Shown here piece after piece: positions 11,380 to 20,340 of a stretch of 64,000 nucleotides of DNA. The notes beneath the pieces were generated by a model. That model saw only the letters and a program-made list of their open reading frames with translations, ran no database searches and was not told the DNA's origin. Each line of letters begins with the position of its first letter. The first letter of the stretch is position 1. The DNA is from a virus (Duplodnaviria > Caudoviricetes), in the IMG/VR virus record IMGVR_UViG_3300042883_001293; one strand, 5' to 3'. The position numbers were made by a program, and so were the translations under genes.

Positions 11380-11438
11380 TAAGACACTTGAGGAACTGGC
11401 ATAATGGACTTGATTTTTGATTGAGAGTGCCCTACAAT
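11380..11438 (+). promoter_or_regulatory. Early dyad element + -10
   Basis: taagacact-tgagga-actggcata, TACAAT 29 bp downstream; TTGATT-17-TACAAT. Confidence 0.7.
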
Positions 11439-11460
11439 ATTTTTATTGAATTGATTGACA

Positions 11461-12687
11461 ATGTTTCAACTCCGCCCTCACCAGCAACATGCTTTGGATG
11501 CTCTTATTCAGCATCTTAAAGGTATTCTTGTGATGCCTACAGGTGCTGGAAAAACTAATGTAGGAATCTTTGATGCTATTCATCAATTTTCTAACTTTGA
11601 ATCACAGACTGTTATTGTAGTTAGTCCCCGCATCCTCTTGGCAGAGCAGTTGTCAAGTGAGTACCTTGAGTTTATCACAAATGCTCATGTGATGCACGTT
11701 CATACAGGTGAAACGCACCACTTCAGCAGCACTCGCCCTAACGTTATCCGTGCCTGGTGTGAGCAAGTGGAAGGTCACAAACTGATCTTCACCACTTACA
11801 ACTCTCTGCAGCAACTGCAACGTGCAGGCATTGCCGTAGATACTATCTACTTTGACGAAGCACACAATTCTGTTCGCCGTGACTTCTTTCCTGCTGTAGA
11901 GCATTTCTCTTCAGAAGCAAAGCGTTGCTACTTCTTTACTGCAACTCCCAAGTATTCTTCTGTGGTTGGCAAACCTGGTATGAATGACGTTGATGTTTAT
12001 GGTCAAATCATTGCTAAGGTTCCTGCTCCAGATCTTGTGCAGGGTGGTTACATCATTCCCCCCAAAGTTATGATGAAGGAGATGCGCCTCTCCATCAAGG
12101 GTGAGGACATTGCCCAGCGTGATTGTGAGTATCTTCTGCAAACGATTGCAGATCATCCTGTCAATAAGATTCTGATCTGTGCCAAGGCAACTAAACACAT
12201 TATTGGTTTGCTTTCTGAAACTGATTTTGCAAATCAACTTGCAGAACAGGGTTACTCTGTAATGCACATTACTTCTAAGCATGGTGCTTTTATTGACGGA
12301 CAGCATGTGAATCGTGAAGTATTCTTTGACACTATTAACAAGTGGGGCAAAGACTCTGACAAGAAGTTTGTGGTTCTGCACCACAGCATTCTGGCAGAAG
12401 GAATCAACATTTCTGCTCTGGAGGCAGTGGTATTCATGCGCTCTATGGACGTTGTGGGGATCGGGCAGACCGTTGGACGCACTCTGCGTCTTCACCCCCA
12501 GGACGCTGCTGGGATCCGCTCTGGTGCCCTTCAGGCGGGCAATCTGGAGGCATACACCAAATCCTATGGATTGGTGATCTGCCCCACCTTTGACAAGGCA
12601 TCTACTAGCACTGCAAAGGCAGTGCAAAACGTGGTAGACATTATCTTTAAACAAGGTGATGTCGCCATTAGCGTTATCCGACGCTGA
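11461..12687 (+). CDS. Superfamily 2 DEAH-box helicase
   Basis: PTGAGKT Walker A, DEAH, TAT motif III, QTVGRTLR motif VI. Confidence 0.88.
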   Translation: MFQLRPHQQHALDALIQHLKGILVMPTGAGKTNVGIFDAIHQFSNFESQTVIVVSPRILLAEQLSSEYLEFITNAHVMHVHTGETHHFSSTRPNVIRAWCEQVEGHKLIFTTYNSLQQLQRAGIAVDTIYFDEAHNSVRRDFFPAVEHFSSEAKRCYFFTATPKYSSVVGKPGMNDVDVYGQIIAKVPAPDLVQGGYIIPPKVMMKEMRLSIKGEDIAQRDCEYLLQTIADHPVNKILICAKATKHIIGLLSETDFANQLAEQGYSVMHITSKHGAFIDGQHVNREVFFDTINKWGKDSDKKFVVLHHSILAEGINISALEAVVFMRSMDVVGIGQTVGRTLRLHPQDAAGIRSGALQAGNLEAYTKSYGLVICPTFDKASTSTAKAVQNVVDIIFKQGDVAISVIRR

Positions 12688-12722
12688 TTTCTTTCCAATT
12701 AATTTACACAGGAGATTTTCAA

Positions 12723-12863
12723 ATGAAGTACGTTGTTCAACTCTACGTCGCTGGCAAAGTTTTTAACGAAGAGGTGCAAGCATCCAATCCACAAGACGCT
12801 CGTGCTACTGCAATTGCACGAAACCCTTCTGCTAAAGTAGTTGGTGTGAACGTTAAATTCTGA
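12723..12863 (+). CDS. Small conserved cyanophage protein (46 aa, MKYVVQLYVAGKVF...)
   Basis: Own translation; GGAG upstream; stop overlaps next ATG. Confidence 0.65.
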   Translation: MKYVVQLYVAGKVFNEEVQASNPQDARATAIARNPSAKVVGVNVKF

Positions 12864-13096
12864 TGACTAATGTTCAAAACGAAGGCATTCTAAATCCCAC
12901 TCCAGGGAGTCCAAACGGATATGTGACTAAAAACATGGAGTGGGCAGCAATTCCTTGGGGCAAGAAATTTATTATTGTTCATAAGGGACAGCAAGTGCAT
13001 ACTGCAAACAACTATAAGAGTGCCGTATCCTATATTGAAAAAGAAGTCAAAGCACTCAAAAGAAACACTAATGGACCTTTGGACAAATTCCTATGA
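12863..13096 (+). CDS. Hypothetical protein
   Basis: Co-oriented, coupled ORF. Confidence 0.7.
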   Translation: MTNVQNEGILNPTPGSPNGYVTKNMEWAAIPWGKKFIIVHKGQQVHTANNYKSAVSYIEKEVKALKRNTNGPLDKFL

Positions 13097-13311
13097 CTCA
13101 ATTATTTACTTGCACATCCGATTCTCCTTATGATAGGCACACCTATGAAGTTGTGCTTAAAAGTGGTAAAAACGTAATTTTTGAGAACTGGGAGGACACT
13201 CAGAGGTATTGGTTTGAGCACAGTCAGATTCCTGATTTTTTGGATCTTATAATCGTAAAGGACAAAAAGAAAAGTAAAGAAAAAGTAAAGAGTGGTGGAT
13301 TTGGTCAATAA
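13093..13311 (+). CDS. Hypothetical protein
   Basis: ATGA-coupled ORF. Confidence 0.7.
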   Translation: MTQLFTCTSDSPYDRHTYEVVLKSGKNVIFENWEDTQRYWFEHSQIPDFLDLIIVKDKKKSKEKVKSGGFGQ

Positions 13312-13335
13312 ATAATTTTAATCATAGAGAAACTT

Positions 13336-13509
13336 ATGACTCCTTTGTTTCTCGTAACAATTTTATCTTGTTCTGATATTGTGTTGATTGCGAATAGATT
13401 GGTAAATGTTAGACTATTGACACCAGAACAAAAAATAGAAATTCTTCGGGAACTTAAAAAAGTAGTTCCTTCCTGTCCTTTGATTATTAAACCAAATGGA
13501 ACAAAATGA
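13336..13509 (+). CDS. Hypothetical protein (57 aa)
   Basis: Own translation MTPLFLVTILSCSDIV...PSCP. Confidence 0.55.
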   Translation: MTPLFLVTILSCSDIVLIANRLVNVRLLTPEQKIEILRELKKVVPSCPLIIKPNGTK

Positions 13510-13672
13510 ATCACAAACTGATAAATGGGATCGAGGTCTAACTCTTTTTGAGGAGAGTGTATTAAAACCTGATCCAGAACTTCGTCAGTGTGCTCACAAT
13601 CAAAAGTGTTACAATGAACTCATGGCAGTGCGTGAGCATGTGTTAGAATACCTCAAAACTTTAAGACAATGA
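13496..13672 (+). CDS. Hypothetical protein (58 aa)
   Basis: Own translation MEQNESQTDKWDRGLTLFEESVLKPD; ATGA overlap with next gene. Confidence 0.6.
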   Translation: MEQNESQTDKWDRGLTLFEESVLKPDPELRQCAHNQKCYNELMAVREHVLEYLKTLRQ

Positions 13673-13908
13673 GTTCCACTTACATATACTTTGTTATCTT
13701 TTTTTGTATTGCTTACTTAATTGTTACCGATCAATCCATAGCGAGGGCATTTTATATGCTGACTCAACTTGCTCAAGTACAATATGAAAAAACAAAGTGG
13801 TGGATAATTCACTCACCAGATAATATCATAGTTAAATGGTTGATTTACAGAAAATCTATGAAGATGGCGAAAGAACTGATGGGAGAATTGGAAAAGAAGA
13901 ATAAATAA
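13669..13908 (+). CDS. Hypothetical protein, N-terminal hydrophobic helix
   Basis: ORF track; coupled. Confidence 0.65.
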   Translation: MSSTYIYFVIFFCIAYLIVTDQSIARAFYMLTQLAQVQYEKTKWWIIHSPDNIIVKWLIYRKSMKMAKELMGELEKKNK

Positions 13909-13963
13909 TAATGCTTTTATGTGTGGTAACTAAAAGCAAAAGGGGGGATCCCCCCCCTTTTTT
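13908..13963 (+). ncRNA. Candidate antisense sRNA A (cognate to GIY-YIG gene 14009)
   Basis: ATAAATA 13901-07; stem tgctttta/taaaagca with loop tgtgtggtaac; terminator G6/C6+T6; 13912-29 is the reverse complement of 13988-14006 with one bulge. Confidence 0.55.
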
Positions 13964-13976
13964 ACTGCGTAATTCG

Positions 13977-13984
13977 TATAAATA
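13977..13984 (+). promoter_or_regulatory. Late promoter TATAAATA for endonuclease
   Basis: Exact T4 late consensus. Confidence 0.7.
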
Positions 13985-14008
13985 GTATTACCACACATAA
14001 AAAGCAGT

Positions 14009-14623
14009 ATGAATACTCTACGCATATACACTTATCGTATATCCTTTGAGGAAGTGCCGTATTATTATTATGGGGTCCATAAAGAAAAAAATTTTAACGA
14101 AGAGTATTATGGGTCTCCTGTAACCAACAGATGGTGCTGGGAAACTTATACTCCAAAGAAACAGATATTAGAATATTTTGTTGATTGGGAAGAAGCGCAA
14201 AGAGTAGAAGCAAGAATAATAAAAGAGTTTTATAATAAAGATAAGTGGTGTCTAAATGAAAATTGTGCTGGGTATATATCCTTACAGAAAAGAAGTGAGG
14301 CAGGAAAAGTTGGAGGTAAAAGGGGGTCGGCAAAATGTAAAGAAATGGGAATCGGAATATTTGGGATGTCCTCAGAAAAAAGAACTGAAACTGCTAAAAA
14401 ATCTGTTAAACAGGCAAAGAAAAATAAAACTGGTATATTTGCTCTAACAAAAGAGCAATTAGTTGAGAATGGAAAAAAAGGTGGTATAATATCTTCTAAA
14501 AAGTTAAACTCTCAAAAGTGGATGTGTTTGGAAACTGGTATGGTATCTACCATAGGTCCTCTTACAAGGTATCAAAAAGTGAGGGGTATTGATACTTCTA
14601 AAAAAGTAAAAATAAATAACTAA
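14009..14623 (+). CDS. Seg-like GIY-YIG homing endonuclease
   Basis: IYTY...YYYYG...YYGS...E...N catalytic pattern; GKxGG repeats; paralog of 20341 and 26683. Confidence 0.75.
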   Translation: MNTLRIYTYRISFEEVPYYYYGVHKEKNFNEEYYGSPVTNRWCWETYTPKKQILEYFVDWEEAQRVEARIIKEFYNKDKWCLNENCAGYISLQKRSEAGKVGGKRGSAKCKEMGIGIFGMSSEKRTETAKKSVKQAKKNKTGIFALTKEQLVENGKKGGIISSKKLNSQKWMCLETGMVSTIGPLTRYQKVRGIDTSKKVKINN

Positions 14624-14642
14624 AACGGGGGTAAAACAAAAA

Positions 14643-14963
14643 ATGTTAAGCACTGCTTATAGGTTGAGATTGGAAGAAATCTGTGAAAAAATTGTAAAAG
14701 GAGAAACTGTAGAATTAAACGAAATCATCTGGGCAGAGAAACTTGCAAAAGCAAATCGTAGTGCTGGTACAATGCTCCGTCAGGCAAGAAGAAAAGCAGA
14801 AAATCCTGACATGGTTGAAGGAGACTTAGATGATTTCATGAATCAGTTGGACTTGGGTGGTTTGGGGCATGAAGGCAAGGGAATTTCTAGATTTAATAGT
14901 ATTGATGAAATTATAGATTTCTTTACAGAGGAAAAACCAGAAGATTGGAGACAGCGTGACTGA
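14643..14963 (+). CDS. Conserved cyanophage hypothetical protein
   Basis: ORF track, MLSTAYRLRLEEIC. Confidence 0.75.
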   Translation: MLSTAYRLRLEEICEKIVKGETVELNEIIWAEKLAKANRSAGTMLRQARRKAENPDMVEGDLDDFMNQLDLGGLGHEGKGISRFNSIDEIIDFFTEEKPEDWRQRD

Positions 14964-15063
14964 TCTCATACAATTTGCCTCTCATGAACTTTACTTATTT
15001 GTTGCGTTTATGTGTGGTCTTGTGCTAGGATACGTCGTAGGTAAACGTGAGGGTAATGACTGA
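14956..15063 (+). CDS. Small membrane protein (35 aa)
   Basis: GTG start, single hydrophobic helix, fills the gap between genes. Confidence 0.4.
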   Translation: MTDLIQFASHELYLFVAFMCGLVLGYVVGKREGND

Positions 15064-15436
15064 ACAACAACCCAATGAATTTGGTAAAGCACTTCAAGAG
15101 TGGTGGGATTCTGATTCATTCAAAGAAATGGAAAAGAAAAATCAAGAAGATCTAGAACGTGCAGTAGGAAAGTATTTTATGCTTTCTGAATCAGACAAAC
15201 TTGATATGCTTCAGGCAATCTGCCACATTATGTGCAAGGCAGAACAGGAAGGAACTAGTCATCGTGGTCTTCAAGATGCTCTTGGAGTTTATCCTGTTGG
15301 TTTCTGGGTGACAGAACTTATGGATGTTCATAATGCTCTCTGGTCTTATTATCATGATCAGAAGCAAGAGCAAGAACTTAAAGACGATTTAGAATCTCTT
15401 GAAAAATTTATAGATAAGAATGTAGAGTCTAACTAA
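15056..15436 (+). CDS. Hypothetical protein
   Basis: ORF track, ATG at 15056. Confidence 0.7.
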   Translation: MTEQQPNEFGKALQEWWDSDSFKEMEKKNQEDLERAVGKYFMLSESDKLDMLQAICHIMCKAEQEGTSHRGLQDALGVYPVGFWVTELMDVHNALWSYYHDQKQEQELKDDLESLEKFIDKNVESN

Positions 15437-15440
15437 CTCC

Positions 15441-15917
15441 ATGGATTACTTAAGAATTGAACCTGGAAAATCTGTTTTAGTTTTAAATTCCAGTTATGAA
15501 CCACTTAACATTACAAGTTGGAAGAGAGCAATAGTTTTACTTCTCAAAGAAAAAGCACAAATTCTTTCAACTCAAGTAATCAGATTATTAGATTATGTGA
15601 AAGTTCCACTTTCAAAAATTATGTCACATAGACCATCAAAAACGATGATCTATAAGCGTGATAGTAATTCTTGTCAGTATTGTGGATCTACCAGAAATCT
15701 AACCATAGATCATATCATTCCAAAATGTCGAGGTGGTGAAGATACTTGGGAAAATCTTGTAGTTGCATGTAGTTCATGTAATACAAAAAAAGGTAATACA
15801 TTATTGGAGCAAACTGGAATGAAATTGAGAAAAAAACCCAGACCTCCATTAAACAAAATGCAGTTTACTCTGCACAGTTCAAATATCCAAGAATGGAAAT
15901 TATACACTTATTCGTAA
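15441..15917 (+). CDS. HNH endonuclease (McrA-like)
   Basis: CQYCG...LTIDHIIPKCRGG.DTWENLVVACSSCNTKKG. Confidence 0.9.
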   Translation: MDYLRIEPGKSVLVLNSSYEPLNITSWKRAIVLLLKEKAQILSTQVIRLLDYVKVPLSKIMSHRPSKTMIYKRDSNSCQYCGSTRNLTIDHIIPKCRGGEDTWENLVVACSSCNTKKGNTLLEQTGMKLRKKPRPPLNKMQFTLHSSNIQEWKLYTYS

Positions 15918-15923
15918 TTAATC

Positions 15924-16109
15924 ATGAAACCCAACTTTCGTAAAGTATTAGAAATGGCACTTGAAGAAGGTGTTCGTTTCGGTTATAATAGAGCACATAA
16001 ACATGTAGAGAACCCACACGAAGATGCTGTGGTTGATCTTGTAGTAGAGGGTGCCATGAACTCTCTATACGAATGGTTTGATTTTCCAGAGGAGAAAACA
16101 ATTGACTGA
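15924..16109 (+). CDS. Hypothetical protein
   Basis: ORF track. Confidence 0.7.
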   Translation: MKPNFRKVLEMALEEGVRFGYNRAHKHVENPHEDAVVDLVVEGAMNSLYEWFDFPEEKTID

Positions 16110-16296
16110 AAGATCGCAAGCATTTATGAATGCTATATGGGAAGCACGGAACGCTGGTGCTGATACTGAAGAGAAACTAGTTGCAGCAATTCTTAAAGTT
16201 GCTGCAGAGAATATTCAGTTTTATAATGCTCAAAATAACTTGATTGTTTTGGACAAAAATGATATGCTACAACTAGCACAGGAATTAGAGGAATGA
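16102..16296 (+). CDS. Hypothetical protein
   Basis: TTG start with GAGGAG RBS. Confidence 0.6.
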   Translation: MTERSQAFMNAIWEARNAGADTEEKLVAAILKVAAENIQFYNAQNNLIVLDKNDMLQLAQELEE

Positions 16297-16571
16297 AAAT
16301 CTTTCAAGTTGCAAAATGGTATGTGAGAGAAGATTATGGCAAAGAATATTGCCTGACGCTTTTCTTTAACGAAAGGCAAGCACTTCTTCAAGTTGCAGTT
16401 GATATTGGGGATTATGGTTCTTGGTTTGACTGGCCCTATCTGCAAATTTCTATGGGATATGGAAGGTTATTTTCTTTCCTATTTTCTCTTGGTAAGATAG
16501 GATTTACTTTTGATATTGCTGGTCGTAACTGGCGTGATGAATTATTTTATGTAAAAGAGGTGAAGGAATGA
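16293..16571 (+). CDS. Hypothetical protein (W/F-rich beta family; compare 21085)
   Basis: ATGA-coupled. Confidence 0.65.
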   Translation: MKIFQVAKWYVREDYGKEYCLTLFFNERQALLQVAVDIGDYGSWFDWPYLQISMGYGRLFSFLFSLGKIGFTFDIAGRNWRDELFYVKEVKE

Positions 16572-17149
16572 CTATTTCACAAGGATTAGTATCAGAAGAA
16601 AACGAAGATCCTGGATTTGAAATAATTCATCTATCCTTTCGTAAGAGAGAGTCCACCCATCTTTATGGTGGTCCAGTAGATTATTATATTGGTAACATCG
16701 TATTTCGTCTGACGGACCCAGATGCAAGGGGTCGAATGGAATATTACATGAGAGAGAATGAAGAGATTCGTGTAGCACCAGACCTTGAGTTGATGGAAAA
16801 GTATTACGAAGACCTTCACTTTGTATTTGATGATCCAGAAGAACTTGATGAAGAACATGATGGAGAAAAATATACTCCACTTCAAATTCTAAACAAAAAT
16901 GGTATCAAGGATGAAGATGTATTCATTCGTGCTCATCGTCGCAATACTGCACCACTCCATGACTTTATTCAATATAATGAAAAGTTTGATTGTTACCGAA
17001 TGCACGAATACTTCCAAGACACTCCCGTGGTTCGTGGTATAATGCAGTATCTACAAGACATGAAGGATGGAAAACCAAATCCTAGTAGAACTGTTTATCA
17101 TGAACAGTTCATTAATACACTTGAAAACCTTTGCTGGTGGTGGGACTGA
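16568..17149 (+). CDS. Hypothetical protein
   Basis: ATGA-coupled, 193 aa. Confidence 0.75.
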   Translation: MTISQGLVSEENEDPGFEIIHLSFRKRESTHLYGGPVDYYIGNIVFRLTDPDARGRMEYYMRENEEIRVAPDLELMEKYYEDLHFVFDDPEELDEEHDGEKYTPLQILNKNGIKDEDVFIRAHRRNTAPLHDFIQYNEKFDCYRMHEYFQDTPVVRGIMQYLQDMKDGKPNPSRTVYHEQFINTLENLCWWWD

Positions 17150-17334
17150 TGAAAGAATTTCCTGATAAACTACAACTTGATATAATGTGGACTGTTGCCA
17201 CCTCATCCAGTATTGAAACTGGCACAAGACCCCAGTACGGGTTCGCCCAGATGCTGTATGATTACATCACAGACAAAAAACCTCTTGTTGAACTCGATTA
17301 TGACTTACAAAGCAACCCTGAAAGTTCAGTTTGA
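17149..17334 (+). CDS. Small protein overprinted on an early promoter element
   Basis: Paralog fragment at 30085; contains dyad 17203-17226. Confidence 0.55.
   Translation: MKEFPDKLQLDIMWTVATSSSIETGTRPQYGFAQMLYDYITDKKPLVELDYDLQSNPESSV
17203..17262 (+). promoter_or_regulatory. Early dyad element + -10 (inside CDS)
   Basis: tcatccagt-attgaa-actggcaca; TATGAT 30 bp downstream. Confidence 0.6.
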
Positions 17335-17704
17335 TAGTGAATGGACTTCCACTAGTTACAGTAGTGGTTTTGATGATACAGTGCTCCCCGAAGAGCATTA
17401 CACTTTTCAGGTTCCTGCCGAAGACCTTAATGTTCATCAACTGTTTCGCTTCTTTGCAACTGTTGCTCGCGCAATGGGACACGATGAGGTCAACATTATG
17501 AAAGGTGCTTGTGGTGTTGCATTTGCTGAGGATAAAAGTGTAGTGAATATGCGTAAGGTTGCTGATGAGTTTGAACTGACTTTGGGTGAGGACTTGAAGA
17601 AGAAGTTTGATGATATGCGAGAAGCAGAAGCAGAGTGGGCACGACTGAAGAAAGGTCCGATGGGAACTGTTCTCTCTGATGAGAAAGACCAATGCGACGA
17701 GTAA
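17300..17704 (+). CDS. Hypothetical protein
   Basis: ATG after promoter element. Confidence 0.7.
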   Translation: MTYKATLKVQFDSEWTSTSYSSGFDDTVLPEEHYTFQVPAEDLNVHQLFRFFATVARAMGHDEVNIMKGACGVAFAEDKSVVNMRKVADEFELTLGEDLKKKFDDMREAEAEWARLKKGPMGTVLSDEKDQCDE

Positions 17705-17904
17705 TCGTAAAACCTAAATCTAGCAAGGCAAAGAATCGTCTTGCTAACATTATGGAAAACAATCCTGTCTGTATTGTAGAACAGGATACTGGTGGTGAGT
17801 TATTCTTAGCATCAGAAAATCGCAAATACTTTATGTGGGTTAGTACTCGTACTGGTACTAACCGTTTTGGTGACAAATCTGACGCACATTGGGAGGTTAT
17901 TTAA
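17692..17904 (+). CDS. Conserved cyanophage protein (KAKNRLAN family), paralog of 54937
   Basis: Shared KAKNRLAN...VEQ...LF...W motifs. Confidence 0.75.
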   Translation: MRRVIVKPKSSKAKNRLANIMENNPVCIVEQDTGGELFLASENRKYFMWVSTRTGTNRFGDKSDAHWEVI

Positions 17905-18185
17905 TGAGTTTTTCTAAGACTGTTTCTGTTTTTGCTGCTCTCGCAAGTATCTTTGCTGCTGGTGCTACTGGTTGGAAACTTGCAGATTCTCAAAAAGAAG
18001 TTCCTCTGAGTCCATTAGACCAAAAGGTTATGGAGTTGGAGAAGAAACTGGATCAAGCACAACAACCTCAAGTTGCTCCAGAACCTGTAAATCTCCCACA
18101 ACCTACAGTTCAAACAGCACCACAACTTAACGTACTTCCTGCTCCAACACCACCTCCTCCTGTTCCCGAAAATGCCACTCCTTGA
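17904..18185 (+). CDS. Secreted/membrane-anchored Pro-rich protein
   Basis: Signal-like N-terminus, PTPPPP tail. Confidence 0.65.
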   Translation: MSFSKTVSVFAALASIFAAGATGWKLADSQKEVPLSPLDQKVMELEKKLDQAQQPQVAPEPVNLPQPTVQTAPQLNVLPAPTPPPPVPENATP

Positions 18186-18363
18186 TACTCTCAACTACTT
18201 CATACAAGACCAAGAAGGGCACCTACAATGTCTTGAATGGGACATTAGGGAAGAAACCAATTATGAGAACAATGACATTGATTGGTATTGTGAACAGTAT
18301 GATGAAGCAAAACAACGAATAGAAGACCTCAAACAAATCAAAACCATTATTGAAAATCAATGA
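18172..18363 (+). CDS. Hypothetical protein
   Basis: Coupled ORF. Confidence 0.65.
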   Translation: MPLLDTLNYFIQDQEGHLQCLEWDIREETNYENNDIDWYCEQYDEAKQRIEDLKQIKTIIENQ

Positions 18364-18800
18364 AAACCTACAATCTCACTATCACTGAAAAGCAGGCACG
18401 AGCACTTGTAGATGCTACTGATTTGCTTCAACGAGTTCAACTTGGTCAGTGGAGAGAAATTCAAGATAATCTACCTCTTCAAAAACCAATTGACTATGAG
18501 GAATTTCATCAGGATATGAGAATTATTGGAGCAATTCTATCCAAACATATGATTGATGGTATTGATGGTGGTGCTTCCTCACTTGGAGTAGGACATCCAG
18601 ACCTTCCAGAAAGCAATGGTATTCTTTATGACCTTCATCGGGTAATTCGTAGGAAACTTTCTGTGGAACGAGCAGTAGAACAGGGCATTATTGAGAATGA
18701 AAATGTTTCCAGAAATGAAATGCCTATCACAGTAGATTTTGATTTACCTATGAAATGGGGAACCGAACCACTTGCTCAAATGGAGAGAGTAAATGAATAA
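18360..18800 (+). CDS. Hypothetical protein
   Basis: Coupled ORF. Confidence 0.7.
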   Translation: MKTYNLTITEKQARALVDATDLLQRVQLGQWREIQDNLPLQKPIDYEEFHQDMRIIGAILSKHMIDGIDGGASSLGVGHPDLPESNGILYDLHRVIRRKLSVERAVEQGIIENENVSRNEMPITVDFDLPMKWGTEPLAQMERVNE

Positions 18801-19044
18801 GGACGCATACTACGACTGGATTGCTGAAAACGATACTTATCCAGAACATTCTCATAAGTGGATAGTGGGACTTTATACTCCTGATGGTGGTAGATTTGAT
18901 ATGCTACACCGATACTTTGGAACATTTGATACAAGAGAAGACGCAAAGGTATTCGCAGCAGATTATAAGGACAAATATACAAAACCAGGATTTATTTCCA
19001 GAACCAAAATCTTTCCATTATGTGAGGTATTAAAGGACACTTGA
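18793..19044 (+). CDS. Hypothetical protein
   Basis: Coupled ORF; C-terminus encoded by dyad. Confidence 0.65.
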   Translation: MNKDAYYDWIAENDTYPEHSHKWIVGLYTPDGGRFDMLHRYFGTFDTREDAKVFAADYKDKYTKPGFISRTKIFPLCEVLKDT

Positions 19045-19091
19045 AGAACTGGCACAGGGTATCTCCACAGGTGCCCTTTTTGCCATATAAT
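19033..19091 (+). promoter_or_regulatory. Early dyad element + hairpin + -10
   Basis: aaggacact-tgaaga-actggcaca; TATAAT 29 bp downstream. Confidence 0.75.
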
Positions 19092-19112
19092 AACTTCAGT
19101 TCAAACAAAGCG

Positions 19113-19271
19113 ATGACCACCATCACTCAAGAGCACTGGGACACACTCTACACCAAACTCTATGAGGCGTATGAAGAGTGCAGCAAAAACTATGATGAGA
19201 CTTACCGACAAATGATCGGTCAAGTTCTGGATCACATGATCTACAACAAACCTTATCTGAACATCAAATGA
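19113..19271 (+). CDS. Hypothetical protein
   Basis: ATG after promoter leader. Confidence 0.6.
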   Translation: MTTITQEHWDTLYTKLYEAYEECSKNYDETYRQMIGQVLDHMIYNKPYLNIK

Positions 19272-19441
19272 TCAGAGCAATCCTCAATCAGTTTCCAGTT
19301 AAGTATGGAACTTACACTGCTGAAAACAACAAGATCCGCCGAACATTTTCCAACGGTTTCAGTTACATCGTAGAAGAATTTAACTCACCAGAAGAAGCAC
19401 AACGTATCGTCAGTGACCTCAACTATCTTACAGGCAAATGA
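19268..19441 (+). CDS. Hypothetical protein (57 aa)
   Basis: Own translation; ATGA overlaps at both ends. Confidence 0.6.
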   Translation: MIRAILNQFPVKYGTYTAENNKIRRTFSNGFSYIVEEFNSPEEAQRIVSDLNYLTGK

Positions 19442-19725
19442 CTGAAACCAAAACCTATCCCTACCTCAAATACATTCCACATTGGTTTGCTCTTCGTTTT
19501 ATTACATTTGCTCCACTTGCGGTCGTCCAATCAACAGTAGATTTTATTTCTATTTCTTTGGATAAACTTTATGATAAAATGGATAAAGTTCTTCCGCAAG
19601 CATATGTTGAAAAGCAAGTAGAATGGGATCAGTTGCCCAAACGAAATCAAGAGGCGATTGAGTATCTTGCAAAAAAGCGTGATACTACCAAAGAACGAAT
19701 TCTCATTCAAACTGTGAAACCATGA
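19438..19725 (+). CDS. Hypothetical protein
   Basis: Coupled ORF. Confidence 0.65.
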   Translation: MTETKTYPYLKYIPHWFALRFITFAPLAVVQSTVDFISISLDKLYDKMDKVLPQAYVEKQVEWDQLPKRNQEAIEYLAKKRDTTKERILIQTVKP

Positions 19726-20006
19726 CTGACCACGAAGAACTCCCAGTATCAAACGAATTCGTCACATTTGTAAGAATTCAACTTGACCACGAACAAAGAC
19801 AACAACTCCGTCGTTATCTAAATCTTCATTATCTTGGTGATGTGAATTGTAATGAGTATGATGAGAACTTCAAACTTGTTCCCAAATACCCAGAGAAAGA
19901 AACACAAGAGTTCAAAGATGCTATGTGGAGAGCAGATATGTCAGTAGATTATCAAGTCAAAGTGGTTTATGATGTGAATGGTAAATGTAAAATGGAGTTG
20001 CTATGA
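19722..20006 (+). CDS. Hypothetical protein
   Basis: Coupled ORF. Confidence 0.65.
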   Translation: MTDHEELPVSNEFVTFVRIQLDHEQRQQLRRYLNLHYLGDVNCNEYDENFKLVPKYPEKETQEFKDAMWRADMSVDYQVKVVYDVNGKCKMELL

Positions 20007-20230
20007 AACCTTATCTTTTGATTGTTGGGGACAACTACTACCCTTCTGCTTATACTGGTGATTGGGTTGCTTGTTATTCTACCGAAGAAGAAGCAAAAGA
20101 AAAATGGGAAGAACTATCTAAAGATAAGTATAGTAATGATTGGTATGAAATCGTTGATTTGAGGGAATGGATGGAAGATACTACATTTGATACTTTTGGA
20201 CCTACTGGACTTATTGGAGACCCACAATAG
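20003..20230 (+). CDS. Hypothetical protein
   Basis: Coupled ORF. Confidence 0.65.
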   Translation: MKPYLLIVGDNYYPSAYTGDWVACYSTEEEAKEKWEELSKDKYSNDWYEIVDLREWMEDTTFDTFGPTGLIGDPQ

Positions 20231-20243
20231 TAGAATAAATAGA

Positions 20244-20305
20244 AGTGTCTGTTTGGACGGCAATCTCTACAGACAAAAGATTAGGTGCTTTCGGGCACCT
20301 TTTCT
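20244..20305 (+). ncRNA. Candidate antisense sRNA B (cognate to 20341)
   Basis: ATAAATA 20235-41; stem tgtctgt/acagaca; terminator aggtgc-tttcgg-gcacct-tttct; 20248-62 complementary to 20320-34. Confidence 0.6.
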
Positions 20306-20307
20306 AT

Positions 20308-20315
20308 TATAAATA
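20308..20315 (+). promoter_or_regulatory. Late promoter TATAAATA
   Basis: Exact consensus. Confidence 0.7.
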
Positions 20316-20340
20316 ATAATGCCGTCCAAATAGAATAGAA

